Positions 52,682 through 61,547 of a DNA stretch of 61,547 nt are shown here, piece after piece. The DNA lies in the IMG/VR virus record IMGVR_UViG_3300010163_001998; one strand, written 5' to 3'. Numbering within the stretch: the first letter of the stretch is position 1; each line of letters starts with the position of its first letter. Source of the DNA: an uncultured virus (IMG/VR IMGVR_UViG_3300010163_001998) (lineage: Duplodnaviria; Heunggongvirae; Uroviricota; Caudoviricetes). The notes below the pieces were generated by a model. It was not told the DNA's origin. It searched no databases and saw nothing but the letters and a program-made list of their open reading frames with translations. Made by a program: the position numbers and the translations under genes.

Positions 52682-54643
52682 ATGGAGGACAGAAATAAAG
52701 ACATTAACTTACATATTGAAGTATTAAGTGGGCATGAATATGCACTTAAATGTAATCATGAAGATTTTGGAGTTTGTGCTATTAAGATACCTAGAAATGA
52801 ATTAGATATACCTTTTGTTGAACCAGAAACAAAATATTATGGGGTATATTTCCTAGTAGGCGAAGATGAAAATGGAGTAAGACAATATTATGTAGGCCAA
52901 GCAGGTTTAAGGGAATGTGGAGAATCAGTTATACAACGTTGTAAAGAGCATGCTAAAAGTACATCTGAATGGTATCAACCTTTTTGGAGATCAATAGTAT
53001 TTTTCAGTGGGTTAACAGGCAGCTGGGATAGGGCAGTTATAAGTGATCTGGAATATTATTTTTATTCACAAATACCTGCTAAGCAAAGGCTTAATAAAAG
53101 AAGACCTGATAGAGGAAGTACAAGGCCATTTGAATATTACAGATTTAAAATAGAACAAATTAAGATAATCCTAACAAAGCTGGGCTTTGACTTATTCAAG
53201 AACGAACTTGATGAAAACAGTGATAGCTTTAAAAAGACAAGTATAAGCGAACACATAGAAACATTAGTCAGAAATACTAAGAATGTACACGATGGAAGGT
53301 ATAGGATACCATCATATACAACTCCTGTGTTGACAGCTAAGCAAATGGTAGACTTAATATCAGCAGACAAATGGACAAGTGAAGCAAAGTTCTTATGCTT
53401 AGAGTGTTCAGATGGAACATTTCCAAAATTAATATATGAAAAATTGTTTAACTTACCAGATTTAATAAAGAAGTTCCCTGATGAAAGAAAAAGACATACA
53501 CATATAATTGAGAATCAAATATATGGAATAGCATTAAGTCCAGTAACATTAAGTATAGTACTAACAGAATATTATGATGTAAAGAACAATATAAAGATAA
53601 TACCTGGCTATATAGATAAACTAAAAGATAAAAACATAGATATGCAAGAAGTAATAAACAAGGAGTTTGGAAATATGAAGTTTGACGCAATAATAACAAA
53701 TCCTCCATATCAGAATGGAACACAAAGCATATATCAATACTTTATAGATGCAGCAATTAAATTGAAACCTAAGCAAATAATAATGATTGTTAGAAACAAC
53801 TGGCTAACATCAGACACAATGAAAAATACAAGAAGCAATTTAATTAAATTTGGTTTAAAAGATATAATAAACTACTCATCTATAGGTGAAATATTCCCAA
53901 ATGTAGGTGTGGCAGTAAGCATTTTTAATGCACAAAAAGATTATGAAGGAGATACACATATAGTAGAAATTAAAAAGGAAGAAGTTATTAATGAAGTGAC
54001 TACAAATTTACAGGGTATGCCTGCTATATTCATGAATAGGCTAGACAATAGTATAGTTAATAAAATATTAAGTAAAAAAGAGGACTCATTCAGTGAGGAA
54101 GTATACCCTCAAGAAGCATTTAGAATTACATCCATAATGGGATCAGGTAGAGGGGATAACAGTTGCATACTTAATTTTGAGACTACAAGGACAGATGAAT
54201 ATAGTGTGGGTGTGCTATGTCAAGAAAATGGTATACAATATTATAATTGGATTAAGCTAGAGGATGTACCTAATAGGGCGGAACTTATTAATCAGTATAA
54301 AGTTGTAGCATGTGCAAGATACAACTACAATGATAATCCAATTACAAGCATTACAGGATTAGGTCCAGGTACAGTATGTAGTAGTACATTTTGTCCTTTA
54401 TATGCAAGTTATAACAAAGAACAGGCATATGGTGCTTATACATACATCAGAACAAAATTCTTTAGGTACTTAGTCAGAGTTTTATGTACATCTGGTATAA
54501 CAAATCATAGTGAAGCAAGATTTGCTTTAGTACCATTACAAGACTTTTCAAAGACATGGACAGATAAGGAATTATATGAGAAATATGGGTTAACACAAGA
54601 AGAAGTAAATTATATTGAAGCATCAATAAAGTCACTGGATTGA
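52682..54643 (+). CDS. GIY-YIG-like nuclease fused to Eco57I-like adenine methyltransferase/TRD (type IIG-like)
   Basis: GVYFL...YYVGQA...R...H...LE...LN; degenerate motif I FLCLECSDGTF; FDAIITNPPYQ; VPLQDFSKTWTDKELYEKYGL. Confidence 0.8.
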   Translation: MEDRNKDINLHIEVLSGHEYALKCNHEDFGVCAIKIPRNELDIPFVEPETKYYGVYFLVGEDENGVRQYYVGQAGLRECGESVIQRCKEHAKSTSEWYQPFWRSIVFFSGLTGSWDRAVISDLEYYFYSQIPAKQRLNKRRPDRGSTRPFEYYRFKIEQIKIILTKLGFDLFKNELDENSDSFKKTSISEHIETLVRNTKNVHDGRYRIPSYTTPVLTAKQMVDLISADKWTSEAKFLCLECSDGTFPKLIYEKLFNLPDLIKKFPDERKRHTHIIENQIYGIALSPVTLSIVLTEYYDVKNNIKIIPGYIDKLKDKNIDMQEVINKEFGNMKFDAIITNPPYQNGTQSIYQYFIDAAIKLKPKQIIMIVRNNWLTSDTMKNTRSNLIKFGLKDIINYSSIGEIFPNVGVAVSIFNAQKDYEGDTHIVEIKKEEVINEVTTNLQGMPAIFMNRLDNSIVNKILSKKEDSFSEEVYPQEAFRITSIMGSGRGDNSCILNFETTRTDEYSVGVLCQENGIQYYNWIKLEDVPNRAELINQYKVVACARYNYNDNPITSITGLGPGTVCSSTFCPLYASYNKEQAYGAYTYIRTKFFRYLVRVLCTSGITNHSEARFALVPLQDFSKTWTDKELYEKYGLTQEEVNYIEASIKSLD

Positions 54644-54657
54644 ACAGGAGATACATA

Positions 54658-55314
54658 ATGGAAAGTAACGGAATCATATCACAAGATAGAGTAAAAAATT
54701 TTGGGGAAGTGTTTACACCAGATAGCATAGTAAACAACATGATTGACTTAGTAGATGAGCAGTTAAATAAAGAAGCAGATGATATTCAGTATATATCAAA
54801 GACTTTTCTAGAGCCGGCATGTGGGGATGGTCAATTTCTCATAAGAATACTATACAAGAAACTTGAGAGAGTATCAAAATTACCATTGGAACATAGGCAA
54901 TTACATTTAATAAAATCATTATGTGCTATATATGGTATAGATATACAACCAGATAATGTAGTGAAAGCACGTGAGCGTATGAAGGCAATAGCAACTGGTC
55001 AAACAGTAGAAACTTTTGACTTGAATAATAAAGTAAATAAGATATATATTGACTTAGGAATTACTTACAGTGAAGAGATATTAGATGTAATTGATTATAT
55101 TCTTAGTAAAAATATATTAGTTGGAGATGCACTGGATATAAATAATCCACCCATCCTAACAGATTATAGGTTTAATGGAGATAAAGTATACACAGTGGAA
55201 AGTCCATTAACAGACCTAACCATAGAAATAGATAAGACAGAGGAAATCCACTATTTAAGCCTTCCAAACATAAAAGATGGTTTAGATGATGAGGATGATA
55301 GCTTTGATTTTTAA
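54658..55314 (+). CDS. Adenine methyltransferase N-terminal (SAM-binding) half
   Basis: RVKNFGEVFTP, FLEPACGDGQFL, IYGIDI, NILVGDAL; no NPPY motif; AGGAG RBS. Confidence 0.82.
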   Translation: MESNGIISQDRVKNFGEVFTPDSIVNNMIDLVDEQLNKEADDIQYISKTFLEPACGDGQFLIRILYKKLERVSKLPLEHRQLHLIKSLCAIYGIDIQPDNVVKARERMKAIATGQTVETFDLNNKVNKIYIDLGITYSEEILDVIDYILSKNILVGDALDINNPPILTDYRFNGDKVYTVESPLTDLTIEIDKTEEIHYLSLPNIKDGLDDEDDSFDF

Positions 55315-55401
55315 TAGACAGGCAAGCAAACAAGGTAGCAAGTAAAAATTGCACAAGGTGGCATATATAAAAGTAAAGATACAAAAGATGATAGAAAAAA
55401 T

Positions 55402-55430
55402 TTGTATTTTTAATAATTTTGTGGTATAAT
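55402..55430 (+). promoter_or_regulatory. Sigma-A-type promoter for the AbiE pair
   Basis: TTGTAT, 17-nt spacer, TATAAT with extended -10 TG. Confidence 0.65.
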
Positions 55431-55519
55431 ATAAAAGAAGGAGTTTTATAAGAATAAGCTAATAATTTATACTCATGATGAAAAAATAGACAAACTAAAT
55501 ATAAAAGAGGGCAATAATA

Positions 55520-56047
55520 ATGATATTATATGACAAGCCATTCCCTGGTTGTGAAAGTAAAACAATATATGACTTACCAACAGTTTATTACAAGCCTGAA
55601 AAAATAATTTTTTTTGGTAAAGAGTTTATCAGGGAACCTTATGTGGATGACATAATAATAAAAACATTTATTACAGATGGAACAAATAGATATGGTTATT
55701 TTTCTGGACTTAAGTCATTAAACGATTTACATGGGACAACTCAAGTTCCTAGTACTATAGACATAAAATCTGAAAGAATCATTCAGACATGCATGTATGT
55801 GGATGGATTAACAAAATATATAGTACATCCAGCTAATAAAATAATCACCTCTAATAATTATATATATTTACAAATATTAGATACACTTGAAGAAATGTAT
55901 GATTACTTCGAAGAAGATAGAATAGAATGTATAAAACATTTAGTAGACAAATTAAAATTAAATATACATCAGTTTTATAAATTATTACCTAATTATTCAA
56001 CAAGAACCAAGGAGGTAATAAAAAATGTTTTTACACCAGAATATTAA
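55520..56047 (+). CDS. AbiEi-like (DUF6088-type) antitoxin
   Basis: GYFSGLKSLNDLHGTTQVP; overlaps the start of the AbiEii-type toxin. Confidence 0.7.
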   Translation: MILYDKPFPGCESKTIYDLPTVYYKPEKIIFFGKEFIREPYVDDIIIKTFITDGTNRYGYFSGLKSLNDLHGTTQVPSTIDIKSERIIQTCMYVDGLTKYIVHPANKIITSNNYIYLQILDTLEEMYDYFEEDRIECIKHLVDKLKLNIHQFYKLLPNYSTRTKEVIKNVFTPEY

Positions 56048-56963
56048 GACATTTGAAGAAATAATTGAAAATACCCACAGATGTATAGGTATAAATAAGT
56101 CATTAATAGAAAAAGATTACTATGTATTCTTATTATTAAAGCTAATAGTGCATAAACAAACAAATGATAAAGATCAAGAAATAGTATTCAAGGGTGGAAC
56201 ATCCTTATCAAAAGCATATAATATAATTCAGAGATTTTCAGAGGACATAGATTTATGCCTTCCACAAGATAAAATAAAATCAGCTGGTGCAAGAAAAAGA
56301 CTTACCAATGCTATAACAACAAGTATAAATGATTTAGGATTAGAATTATATTCTATTAGAAATATAGAAAGATCAGGTGTATATAATGATATTAGAGGAA
56401 ATTATAATAGTATAACATCTGATGCCCCAATTGAATCTTATATAAAAGTAGAAACAGTACATAGAATAAAAGAGTACCCAGTTGAAAAAAGACTGATAAG
56501 CAGTTACATAACTGATTATATAAATACACATATAGGTAATGAGGCTTTGCAAGCGTTTCATTTAGAACCATTCTATGTAAACACAGTTTCATTATATAGA
56601 ACATTCATAGATAAACTGTTTGCAATAGCAGACTATTACTTAGAAGATAAGGTTACACGATATTCCAGACATATATACGATTTATATAAATTAATAAACA
56701 CTATAGATTGGAATAACATACAATTAGTGGGCAACTTAAGAGAATTATTAAATCAAGTTCAACTCGAAAGACAGCCATCCAAAGGATGCTTAAGCGCACA
56801 GCAAAATGTAGATTTAGCAGCAGTTATATATCAATCACTTACAACAGACTTTTATATGCAAGACTATATGGCTATAACACAATATATATTGCTAGAACAG
56901 GTAGATTATTATACTTGTAAGCAAGCAATATTAAAATTATTGCAATCAAAAATATTATTATAA
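56025..56963 (+). CDS. AbiEii/AbiGii-family nucleotidyltransferase toxin (type IV TA)
   Basis: IEKDYYV, VFKGGTSLSKAY, QRFSEDIDL, RTFIDK, RHIYDL. Confidence 0.9.
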   Translation: MFLHQNIKTFEEIIENTHRCIGINKSLIEKDYYVFLLLKLIVHKQTNDKDQEIVFKGGTSLSKAYNIIQRFSEDIDLCLPQDKIKSAGARKRLTNAITTSINDLGLELYSIRNIERSGVYNDIRGNYNSITSDAPIESYIKVETVHRIKEYPVEKRLISSYITDYINTHIGNEALQAFHLEPFYVNTVSLYRTFIDKLFAIADYYLEDKVTRYSRHIYDLYKLINTIDWNNIQLVGNLRELLNQVQLERQPSKGCLSAQQNVDLAAVIYQSLTTDFYMQDYMAITQYILLEQVDYYTCKQAILKLLQSKILL

Positions 56964-57022
56964 AGATTAATTAAAATAGAGGTATTTAGTACACCAGCAA
57001 ATATATAAATAAGCAAAGTTTG

Positions 57023-57060
57023 AGGGCTAATCACAATTACATTTTGTGATTAGCCTTTTT
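57023..57060 (+). terminator. Rho-independent terminator
   Basis: GGCTAATCACAA / TTGTGATTAGCC followed by T5. Confidence 0.85.
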
Positions 57061-57311
57061 ATAAATCTAATTATATGGAATAAACTGGAAAAACATTAGC
57101 AGCCATTAAGGGCTAGTATGATATAATTGACGTTACATACATTTATGCATATAAATAATTGTAAATAAAAAATTTTAAATAAAAAAGGGAAAAAATATCA
57201 CAGCTACATAACAACTAAGAAATTGTGGTAGACATAAAAATAATCAATTACCATCATAGTTGATAGATGTACTATCAAAGGTATGCAAGCAATTAATAGA
57301 GGACAAGACGC

Positions 57312-57599
57312 ATGAGTTTATATAACAACATATCATTAGCACAAGCAAGAAAAGATTTGCAGTATTTAAAAGATAATTATGGAGAGCCACAAGATTTTTG
57401 TGGCTCCTTTTGTAACACTGAAGTATTGCAATATATACTAATGGGTAAGCAAAGCATTAAAGAAGTAATCATAGATTACATAAGTTACTATTTTAGTAAC
57501 AGCTTACAACGTGATTGGAGAGGCTGTTGTTCATGGGTATACCCAGATAAAGAAGATAAGCATATACAAAAGATAATAGAAAGATATCATATAGATTGA
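57312..57599 (+). CDS. Hypothetical protein
   Basis: 95-aa ORF with AGAGGA RBS. Confidence 0.72.
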   Translation: MSLYNNISLAQARKDLQYLKDNYGEPQDFCGSFCNTEVLQYILMGKQSIKEVIIDYISYYFSNSLQRDWRGCCSWVYPDKEDKHIQKIIERYHID

Positions 57600-57603
57600 A
57601 GTA

Positions 57604-58053
57604 ATGAAGCGAAAAAGATTTAGTCAGCAAATGTCATTAAAAGACTTAGCAGAACACTTTAATAAGTATCAAGATAATTCAGATATGTGTGAATATTATA
57701 AAAACACATAGCTTATGGCAAACAAAAATAATTTTTACTTTGAGGATTTAGAAGAATCAGATATACAAAACCTAAGACCATATTTAAAGTGTGAGTTATC
57801 ATGCTTTTATGAGTTTTTAGCAATTCAGGATAATATGCAACCAGCAGAATGGTTTTATAAATACAAAGATGAATAATGTGATAAACAGGACAATGATGTA
57901 TATGTAGTTACAGAAGAATTATATTTCTTGATTCATGGTAAGGAAGCAAACAGAACAAATTTAGAAGCATCATGGCAGATGATGTTAGATAAATCAATAG
58001 AACCATTTAAATCAAGAGGAATAACAAGAGATTGCTTAGATGATACAGTTTAA
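57604..58053 (+). pseudogene. Hypothetical gene of 149 codons with two in-frame stops
   Basis: One frame from ATG 57604 to TAA 58051, interrupted by TAG 57709 and TAA 57874. It fills the gap between neighbouring genes almost exactly. Confidence 0.55.
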
Positions 58054-58068
58054 TAAGAAAGGATCAAC

Positions 58069-58836
58069 ATGGAACCCATAGAAAAAATAAAAATAAAAAC
58101 AACAAGAGGCATAGAAATAATTATAGACACATCTGATTTAAGCAAGGGCATAACAGATGCGTATAGACAGTTGATAGAAAACAAAGATATTGTACGTCGT
58201 AAATGGTATGAACTGTACAAAAATGGTTTATACCATCTTAAGAAAAAATATAATATACCAAATATGATAATCTCAGGCTGTTTATTAAATAATAAAAGAA
58301 AACTTGCCAAACTAAATGAGTTAGGTGTTAAATATACAGTAAGAAGAATACACAAAAGATCAGATAAGTTATATAACGGTTTTAACGCATTCAGAGTTAA
58401 TAATACGAACATGTTTTTACTTTATAAGTATACACCAGAACTAAAAGATAAGTCAATTTTCACTGTACAGTGTCCATATGTTCATGAAGTAGACAAAATA
58501 GCTCAATCGGACACAGTAAATGCAATAGTAATTGAATGCTGGAAACCAGTTAATTATTACAATACCACAGATACAGATACTCAAAATAAAGTAGAAAAGC
58601 TTATTAAGAAATATTTAGGACCAGATGATGTATACATTAAATTTAAAGATGATGATTACATATTAGTAAATGATATATTTACTCTTCAAGATTTAAATGG
58701 GTTTGAGAAAATAAGCAATTATGAAAGTTGTAAACTAAAAACACAGACAATAGAAACAAATAATGGTACAATATTATTAGAAGAGAGCAAGACTGATAAA
58801 TTTATAACATCTACTATATCAATAGTACAAAAATAA
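58069..58836 (+). CDS. Hypothetical protein, probable dispersed Family A member
   Basis: IEKIKIK...IIIDT; YIKFKDDDYILVNDIFTL. Confidence 0.7.
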   Translation: MEPIEKIKIKTTRGIEIIIDTSDLSKGITDAYRQLIENKDIVRRKWYELYKNGLYHLKKKYNIPNMIISGCLLNNKRKLAKLNELGVKYTVRRIHKRSDKLYNGFNAFRVNNTNMFLLYKYTPELKDKSIFTVQCPYVHEVDKIAQSDTVNAIVIECWKPVNYYNTTDTDTQNKVEKLIKKYLGPDDVYIKFKDDDYILVNDIFTLQDLNGFEKISNYESCKLKTQTIETNNGTILLEESKTDKFITSTISIVQK

Positions 58837-58854
58837 AAAGGAGCATAAAAGTAT

Positions 58855-59160
58855 ATGAAAAAATCACTTAAAAACGAAGAATTGTACATTTGTAAAATTA
58901 ATAAACAGTTAGTATCAATAAATGAAAGAATAATAGACATTAATAAACATTTAAGATCACAAATTTCAGAAAGCACAGGTGAAATAGACATGAAAAAATT
59001 AAAGAAAAAATATGCTAAGCTGTTCAAAAAGTATGACAAGCTATTAAAATATTACCAACACATAAAGCCAACACAGCAAGATGAAGAACAACCATTACCA
59101 CCAGAATATAAAATTGCAAAGAATTATGCAGACAGAATATTAAAAGATAAGAGCATGTAA
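58855..59160 (+). CDS. Basic coiled-coil hypothetical protein
   Basis: 101-aa ORF with AAGGAG RBS. Confidence 0.72.
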   Translation: MKKSLKNEELYICKINKQLVSINERIIDINKHLRSQISESTGEIDMKKLKKKYAKLFKKYDKLLKYYQHIKPTQQDEEQPLPPEYKIAKNYADRILKDKSM

Positions 59161-59187
59161 TAATAAACAAAGTAAAGGAAAGAAAAT

Positions 59188-60108
59188 ATGGATAAACAAT
59201 TATTGGATAACAAACTTATAAGATTAATAGTAACAGATAAAACAAGTAAATTATATAATATATTGTTAAAGATAATGATAGCATTTGGTATAATGCTAGA
59301 CATATTTATAATAGGCTTAACTTTTAGAATTAAAAAGGATATTATGTTTGAACCAACTAAATTACTATGTATATTAGTGGTGAGTACAATAATCACAGTT
59401 GTAATAGTAGCAGTCATAGGTTTAATATCCATTTTAATAATAACTGCATGTGAGCAGACTGATATAGTTATTAAAAATTTCTTAAAAGGCATCAATGATT
59501 TGAATTTAACAATGCCAGTTATTAAAGTATATTTGGATTCAGTAGCATCATTTCATGCATTTGATGAGGATAAATTAGCATCATATTTAATAGATAAAGA
59601 AAAGTTATTAGAAGAACAAAAATGTAACATCATATACAATAAAGAATTATGCAATAAGATTTACAGAGATTTACTCGGTTATTTAGATACAATCTCAAAA
59701 ATAACGAAGAGAGACTTAAAAAACGTAGAGGAGATATTTAATAATTTAAGTAAGATACATGACCAATTCAGTACATTAAATGTATATGTGGTTTATGATT
59801 CATTATATGATAAGAATAAATATGGAAAAAAACTTGAAATACAAGACTTAAAATTACTTGAATTATCAATAAATAAGAAGACAATACAACAAAATAGAGC
59901 AAAAAAGACTGATGCTAAGTTACAAGATGCTTTAACATTATACATGTTAAAGATGCCATTTACATTAGAGGATTTAAAGTCAAAGCGTCATATGTTACTT
60001 AAAGCATTTCATCCAGATGAAACAGATGAAGCAGCACGAAATAATTATACAACTGAAACCATAAGAATAAATGATGCATTTGATACACTTAAAAAATATG
60101 CACAATAA
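59188..60108 (+). CDS. Membrane protein with C-terminal J-domain-like motif
   Basis: Two N-terminal TM segments; LKSKRHMLLKAFHPD...INDAFDTLK. Confidence 0.75.
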   Translation: MDKQLLDNKLIRLIVTDKTSKLYNILLKIMIAFGIMLDIFIIGLTFRIKKDIMFEPTKLLCILVVSTIITVVIVAVIGLISILIITACEQTDIVIKNFLKGINDLNLTMPVIKVYLDSVASFHAFDEDKLASYLIDKEKLLEEQKCNIIYNKELCNKIYRDLLGYLDTISKITKRDLKNVEEIFNNLSKIHDQFSTLNVYVVYDSLYDKNKYGKKLEIQDLKLLELSINKKTIQQNRAKKTDAKLQDALTLYMLKMPFTLEDLKSKRHMLLKAFHPDETDEAARNNYTTETIRINDAFDTLKKYAQ

Positions 60109-60116
60109 AAGGGTAC

Positions 60117-60359
60117 ATGAAAATGATTGAGGCATACAAAATATTATCCCTTATATACTTTATAGAAGGAGCATTAGGTATAATACTAATGACAAGATGT
60201 TTAGTAGTAGAATTATACATAGACAAGTTATTAATAAGTATAATAAAGAATCAGAAGCAGCACGCTAAGAAACCAAGCATTGCATAGTCAACAGTGTTCA
60301 TTCTAATGAATCTTTTAATTATATGTCTTGCAGCCTTATTTGTAATAAGTTTTGATTAA
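60117..60359 (+). pseudogene. Small two-TM gene with one internal TAG
   Basis: Hydrophobic frame interrupted by TAG at 60285-60287; a second TM segment follows in frame. Confidence 0.4.
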
Positions 60360-60435
60360 GGTAAAAATTAAATTTTAAAGACAATTAAACATTAAGGATA
60401 AAATGTGCATCATGATTGATTTTATTTAAAGCAAT

Positions 60436-60768
60436 ATGAGAATTATTAGAGATATTAATATGAGTCATAACCATGATAAAAATGCATTTCCAATAAACGA
60501 GGTTAATCCAAAAGATATTATAGATACACATAAGATAGAATTAGAAAAGCTCAGAGATGACAGATATAGAAAGTATGATATACCAGTAGGAGTATTTTTC
60601 TCACAAAGTGAACATTTATTATTTACAAAAGATGAAGAAAAAGCAATGTATTATTTGGATTCACATCTTGAATTACCTAAAGAACTGGAACAAAAACTTT
60701 TAGATACCTTATCAGAAAGACTAGAAAGAAACACAAAAATAGAAAAAACAGTAGTTCAAAGACATTAA
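60436..60768 (+). CDS. Hypothetical protein
   Basis: 110-aa ORF; its 3' end lies inside the 102-bp duplication. Confidence 0.65.
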   Translation: MRIIRDINMSHNHDKNAFPINEVNPKDIIDTHKIELEKLRDDRYRKYDIPVGVFFSQSEHLLFTKDEEKAMYYLDSHLELPKELEQKLLDTLSERLERNTKIEKTVVQRH

Positions 60769-60935
60769 GCATTAAGGATATAAAAAGAATTTTTGGCATA
60801 GACATTAGAAAAGATTATAAGTCGGAAAAGAAACACAAAAATAGAAAAAACAGTAGTTCAAAGACATTAAGCATTAAGGATATAAAAAGAATTTTTGGCA
60901 TAGACATTAGAAAAGATTATAAGTCGGAAAAGAAA
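60725..60935. repeat. Perfect 102-bp tandem duplication with AAAGAAA junction microhomology
   Basis: 60725-60826 equals 60827-60928, followed by AAAGAAA. Confidence 0.95.
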
Positions 60936-60946
60936 AAGCAAAAATA

Positions 60947-61003
60947 TTGACAAACCAATAGATTTATGATAAAATAACCAAGATGAAATCTTGGTTATTT
61001 TAT
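60947..61003 (+). promoter_or_regulatory. Sigma-A promoter overlapped by a palindrome with 16-bp arms
   Basis: TTGACA, 17-nt spacer, extended -10 TGnTAAAAT; ATAAAATAACCAAGAT-GAA-ATCTTGGTTATTTTAT at 60969-61003. Confidence 0.8.
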
Positions 61004-61019
61004 TGGGAGAGGAAAAGAC

Positions 61020-61547
61020 ATGTTTAACATAAGTGGTATAGAACTGGAACATGCAAGAAGAATGCAACTCAATTCAGAAAAATTAACTAAGATGAGGGTT
61101 GAACAAACAGAAAAGCTACAAAACAGAGTAGACATGAGAGATAAGCAGAATGCAAATCATAGCTCCTACACTAAACATAAACAAAGAGATTGTAACACAT
61201 TAGAACAAAGAATCGAGCAGTTAAATAATGTAATAGACGGTGAGTTTGGCCTCAGTAAGCTAAGTATAATATACCAAAGGCTATTAACTGAAAAGGTTGA
61301 TACAGAGAGAAACTTATCAAAACAGAGAAAACAAAAGCAGGATAACAATAAAAATAATCCAACATACAGTGTATTAAATAGACAATCAACAAAGTATAGT
61401 AATTACAACTTTAATAGATTAAAACTGGCAGTTGTAGAATTATTAAAGTTGGAATATGAAGCATTAAATAAGAAAATGAAATCTAAAGAAAAAGTAACAA
61501 ACATGGAGAAAAAATTTGTAACATATGGTAAAGATACAGCAAAAACA
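61020..61547 (+). CDS. Hypothetical helical protein (runs off the window)
   Basis: GGAGAGG RBS; 176 open codons from MFNISGIELEHARRMQ to the window end. Confidence 0.7.
   Translation, partial: MFNISGIELEHARRMQLNSEKLTKMRVEQTEKLQNRVDMRDKQNANHSSYTKHKQRDCNTLEQRIEQLNNVIDGEFGLSKLSIIYQRLLTEKVDTERNLSKQRKQKQDNNKNNPTYSVLNRQSTKYSNYNFNRLKLAVVELLKLEYEALNKKMKSKEKVTNMEKKFVTYGKDTAKT

Noticed and set aside
2188..57156. Recurring CATATAA as an element-specific promoter motif
   Set aside because: It appears in several gaps, but such a 7-mer is expected often at this AT content and I cannot show enrichment without a count.
3953..60359. Stop-codon reassignment explaining in-frame stops
   Set aside because: Interruptions are a mix of TAA and TAG, long genes read cleanly in code 11, and TAG ends normal genes (e.g. 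1601 just before a terminator).
515..61348. Minus-strand ORFs in the supplied track
   Set aside because: Nearly all lie antisense to + strand genes, are Leu/Phe/Ile/Ser-rich mirror translations and lack an RBS.
1..61547. tRNA, rRNA or virion structural genes
   Set aside because: None recognised, so phage versus plasmid identity cannot be settled from this window.

Overview
Very AT-rich, A-skewed 61.5-kb segment in which every credible gene lies on the + strand. It has Firmicutes-type signals (AGGAG RBS, TTGACA-17-TAAAAT promoters, intrinsic terminators) and no core housekeeping, rRNA, tRNA or virion genes. It most likely comes from a very large mobile replicon (jumbo phage or megaplasmid-like element) of a low-GC Firmicute; this is inference. 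About half the window is tandem paralog arrays. (A) About 43 highly diverged genes of mostly 145-240 aa at 9.3-38.6 kb, plus one at 58 kb, share an N-terminal I-x-x-I-x-I...I-x-I-D-L strand pair and an internal [I/L]-x-[D/E]-F-x-x-[L/M]-x-K-M-[T/S]-Y helix; I cannot assign them to a known family. (B) Six nucleoside-hydrolase-fold genes at 2.3-7.3 kb, only the first keeping the main catalytic motifs. (C) Six 180-307 aa genes with a C-terminal HTH-like motif at 43-48 kb. Between A and C is a 2.2-kb non-coding region with iteron-like 20-bp repeats (candidate origin) followed by a paralogous gene pair. Other genes: UvrD/PcrA-like helicase, a GIY-YIG/Eco57I-like split adenine methyltransferase plus an orphan second NPPY/TRD half, AbiEi/AbiEii-type TA pair, truncated IS1595 transposase, HAD phosphatase, a DUF4869-like cassette frameshifted at a (TA)6 tract, and a membrane J-domain protein. 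Several pseudogenes and perfect tandem duplications are present. All family assignments come from motif recognition by eye, not database searches.
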